This document shows positions 33,091 through 35,603 of a stretch of 35,603 nucleotides of DNA, piece by piece; the stretch's first letter is position 1; each line of letters starts with the position of its first letter. A program made the translations under genes and the position numbers. Below the pieces are notes generated by a model. That model saw nothing but the letters and a program-made list of their open reading frames with translations, was not told the origin of the DNA and did not search any database. The DNA comes from Candidatus Aminicenantes bacterium. GTDB taxonomy: Bacteria; Acidobacteriota; Aminicenantia; S016-38. The DNA is taken from positions 1-35,603 of the forward strand of contig JAMOUL010000219.1 of the NCBI GenBank assembly GCA_027062035.1, given 5' to 3'.

Positions 33091-34494
33091 TTAAATAAGC
33101 ACTCTTCTATGGGAGTTTTCCCTGTGGGTTATCCCCAGTGAATCGAGAAGTTCAAGGATTGGAATGGCATATTTTCTTGAGAGGGAGGTTAATTTCTTGA
33201 ATTCCTGAATTGTGAGGAGTCTCTTACCCTTTATCTTTTTCTTTATCTCTTCTATCAGATCATTGTGAACCAGGAAGCCTGAAGTGTAATATATTTTTCC
33301 CTCGGTAATTAGCTTGGTTATCAGTTGTTCAACCATCCTGCGATTTTTCAGGTCCCGCAGCAGTCGGTCCATATCCACTATTTCCATGCGTACCATTCCT
33401 TCTATTATCTCCTCCATTTCCATCAGCTTTTTCTCATCCTCTGGTACGAAGTCAGCAAGGCTTACAGCTTCTCCCCTCAGTTTTAATCTGCCCTCGGATA
33501 TGCCTGTAGAAAGGGCGACATTGAAAATTTCCTTTCTCAGGTCCAGCTTTTCCCTTAATTTTTCCTTCTCCATACCGAGAAGAGCTGGTTTTGCCCTGTG
33601 AAAGGGTTTCAGTTTATCTTCCATTTTCTTTACTATTTCCATGATTCCCTTACGACTGATAGCAGAAAGGGGTGAGAAGGAGAATATTCTAATTTTGCCT
33701 TCCTTCTGTTCCTGAAGCATGAGTTCTTCGAGATAAACGGGTCTCCATCCTGTCTGGGCTATTATTCCTCCTGCACTGGCAGGTCTCTGAAGAAAATACA
33801 GGAGGGTTTCCCGGTCATCCATAGGGGGTATGGGCTTTTCCTTTTCTGTTCTTCTTATTCTCAGAATTCTCCCGCAGAATTTTTTATTATCTCTTCGCAG
33901 AATGAATTTTTCGTCCCTGAATATGAGAAAGGGGTTTGATAGCTTCAGTATTTTTCCCCCCTTTTCCTCCTGAATTACAGCCTCTGTAGAAAAACCATTG
34001 CTGAGGAATCGGTATTTGCCTTCCCGGGCTTCGGTATCCACATCAAACATAAAGGATGGCTCCAGTTCTTCTCCCACCAGTATTTCCCCTCTTTTGAATT
34101 TAAGTGGTTCGTGGAACTCTAACTTCAATATCTGGAAAACTCCGAGACTTTCCATATCTATGTTCTGGAAGGTTATACGCCTGATCCTTACCCACTCTTT
34201 TTTCGTGGGGGAATAAAGCCGCTTCCCTCTCCTGATTCTACCCCATTTCTTCACGAAGAACCCATCGCCAAGGGAGATGAGGTAAGGCAGAAAATTGTTC
34301 CTCCACAGGGGTTCTGCTTCGTGGGTAAAGGGTACAAGACCGCATTTTTCCAGGAATTCGTCCTTGCCTTTAAGGAAAGGAGCAGTGTTAAACCACTGCA
34401 GGCGACCCCTTATTATGCCTATTCGGTCATCTTCTTCGATCTTCTGTTCTATGGAAAACCTTTCCGATGGTTCGTAAACGAGTATGTCTCTCAT
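33091..34494 (-). CDS. SelB-like protein: EF domain-III-like barrel plus C-terminal winged-helix domains, but no GTPase domain
   Basis: The C-terminus 'LTIQEFKKLTSLSRKYAIPILELLDSLGITHRENSHRRVL' matches the SelB winged-helix-4 signature. 'LKLSNPFLIFRDEKFILRRDNKKFCGRIL' resembles the end of SelB domain III. No GxxxxGK[ST] P-loop occurs anywhere. The ATG overlaps the pgi stop (ATGA). Confidence 0.7.
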   Translation of the reverse strand: MRDILVYEPSERFSIEQKIEEDDRIGIIRGRLQWFNTAPFLKGKDEFLEKCGLVPFTHEAEPLWRNNFLPYLISLGDGFFVKKWGRIRRGKRLYSPTKKEWVRIRRITFQNIDMESLGVFQILKLEFHEPLKFKRGEILVGEELEPSFMFDVDTEAREGKYRFLSNGFSTEAVIQEEKGGKILKLSNPFLIFRDEKFILRRDNKKFCGRILRIRRTEKEKPIPPMDDRETLLYFLQRPASAGGIIAQTGWRPVYLEELMLQEQKEGKIRIFSFSPLSAISRKGIMEIVKKMEDKLKPFHRAKPALLGMEKEKLREKLDLRKEIFNVALSTGISEGRLKLRGEAVSLADFVPEDEKKLMEMEEIIEGMVRMEIVDMDRLLRDLKNRRMVEQLITKLITEGKIYYTSGFLVHNDLIEEIKKKIKGKRLLTIQEFKKLTSLSRKYAIPILELLDSLGITHRENSHRRVLI

Positions 34495-35603
34495 GTAGTT
34501 CTTCTCTCACCTTTTTTCCTTTTGCCAAGGATCATTTCCATGGCCAGTTTTTTCATGCGTTCTACAGCTGGCTGGTCAAAGGGATTTATTCCCTTCATGC
34601 TGGATATGTACCATACCTGCGATTCCAGAAGGGTTATGAATTGTCCCAGAAATCTTTCGTTTATTTCAGGAATCTCGAAGGAAATGGTCCTTCTTCCTTC
34701 CTGCACCAGTGCTAATTCCGTAGAATCACCCATGAATGAGTATATTTCAGCCAGAGAGCGTCCGGAAAATTCTGTTTCAAGGTATGGATTTTCAGGAATC
34801 TCAATGTCGTGCCTGGCTTTTTTTAACTTCCAGAAGGTATAAACCTTATCGTCAGGCCCGTCAAGGTAAAGCTGGAGTTTCGAGTGCTGGTCCACCGATC
34901 CCATATCAAGAACAGGGGTCTGTCCCCAGCCGTTCTTTCCAAGGCTTTCGCTGTAGAGCTGCCTGTACCAGAGGCCAAGAGGATGGAGATGCTCGCTATA
35001 AACAAGGATTACCTGCATTGGCGAACCTGTTTCGCAGGCGTGATAAAGGAAATATGCTGAAATCAGAGCTGGATTTTTCCGGGGTTCAAGGGATGCAAGT
35101 TCAATTCCTTCCATTCCTCCTGCTATGAGGGCGTCTATATCCACTCCTGCAAGGTAGAGTGGTACAAGGCCCACCGATGAAAGAACAGAGTATCTTCCTC
35201 CCAGACTTTGTGGGATTGGAAAGGATATAAATCCCTCTCTGTCCGCCATTTCCCTCAACTTCCCCTTTTCGGGATCGGTTATAATTATGAACCTTTCCTT
35301 GTTTCTGCCAGCTGCATCAAACAGGAGAAGGAAGTTGATTATTGTTTCGGTGGTTCCGCCGGATTTGGACACAACAATAAAGGCAGTTTTTTCGGGTTCA
35401 AGCAGTTCCATGAGTTCATGCGTTCTTTCAGGGTCAATATTGTCAAAGAAGAAAATTCTCTTTCCCCGGGAATTGTAGGAGAAAGGAAGAAGGGCTCTCA
35501 ATACAGCTTCCGTTCCAAGAGAACTCCCGCCTATGCCGGCAATGACCATGTTTTCTATTTCCATCCCCTCAAGCTCTCCCCTTATCATTTCAGACCATGG
35601 TTC
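34491..35603 (-). CDS. pgi: Glucose-6-phosphate isomerase; 5' end outside the window (frame open to the edge)
   Basis: 'VIAGIGGSSLGTEAV', 'VVSKSGGTTETI', 'GGRYSVLSSVGL' and 'GINPFDQPAVE' are present. The reading frame continues upstream of the first in-window ATG (35588) to position 35603. Confidence 0.9.
   Translation of the reverse strand, partial: EPWSEMIRGELEGMEIENMVIAGIGGSSLGTEAVLRALLPFSYNSRGKRIFFFDNIDPERTHELMELLEPEKTAFIVVSKSGGTTETIINFLLLFDAAGRNKERFIIITDPEKGKLREMADREGFISFPIPQSLGGRYSVLSSVGLVPLYLAGVDIDALIAGGMEGIELASLEPRKNPALISAYFLYHACETGSPMQVILVYSEHLHPLGLWYRQLYSESLGKNGWGQTPVLDMGSVDQHSKLQLYLDGPDDKVYTFWKLKKARHDIEIPENPYLETEFSGRSLAEIYSFMGDSTELALVQEGRRTISFEIPEINERFLGQFITLLESQVWYISSMKGINPFDQPAVERMKKLAMEMILGKRKKGERRTT

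Noticed and set aside
1-35603. A search for defence systems, toxin-antitoxin pairs, prophage or integrase genes, retrons/DGRs, rRNA and riboswitch-like leaders.
   Set aside because: No reverse transcriptase, integrase, nuclease-NTPase pairs, phage structural genes or rRNA signatures were recognised. The only mobile-type gene is the RAYT-like one. Riboswitches cannot be excluded without covariance-model searches, but the intergenic regions are mostly under 120 nt.

Overview
This is a densely coding bacterial chromosomal window. The proteins are K/E/I-rich, Arg is mostly AGA/AGG, and operon-internal genes carry strong GGAGG(TG) Shine-Dalgarno sites. I infer a thermophile from this, but no taxon can be assigned. 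Positions 1-15.7 kb (+ strand) hold housekeeping genes: the 3' end of a prepilin peptidase, an orphan histidine kinase, coaE, a methyltransferase, lepB, trmO, an isolated hutU, yebC-ruvCAB, an MscS-family channel, a GAF-PP2C phosphatase, a DUF1343/NamZ-like protein, TolC, a UDP-glucuronate decarboxylase and an M20 peptidase. Positions 15.7-23.3 kb hold a GT4 glycosyltransferase, a methyltransferase, a GATase1, a split saccharopine-pathway pair (LKR + SDH), a FabK/nitronate-monooxygenase-like flavoprotein, and an ECF-type T + ATPase pair with a His-rich tail. tRNA-Gln(CTG) and tRNA-Glu(CTC) lie at 23.42-23.58 kb. From 32.77 kb down to 23.5 kb runs one long minus-strand block. It contains a translationally coupled type IV pilus/secretin-like cluster (PilC-, PilM-, PilN-, PilO- and PilP-like genes, then a PilQ secretin, then two beta-sandwich lipoproteins). 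This is followed by a RAYT/IS200-like HUH-Y1 transposase homologue, an orphan hypB and truD. The window ends with a SelB-like protein that lacks the GTPase domain, coupled by ATGA to a partial pgi. The most unusual sequence-level signal is a dispersed repeat family with core GGGACAGACCC. It has six intergenic copies, including a 2 x 24 bp tandem and a perfect 17-bp inverted repeat bracketing the RAYT-like gene. Other observations are a recurring leaderless-promoter geometry at operon heads, a probable AUU start for coaE, and the truD CDS overlapping antisense the tRNA-Glu that TruD is known to modify. No CRISPR array, rRNA, prophage or recognisable defence system was seen.
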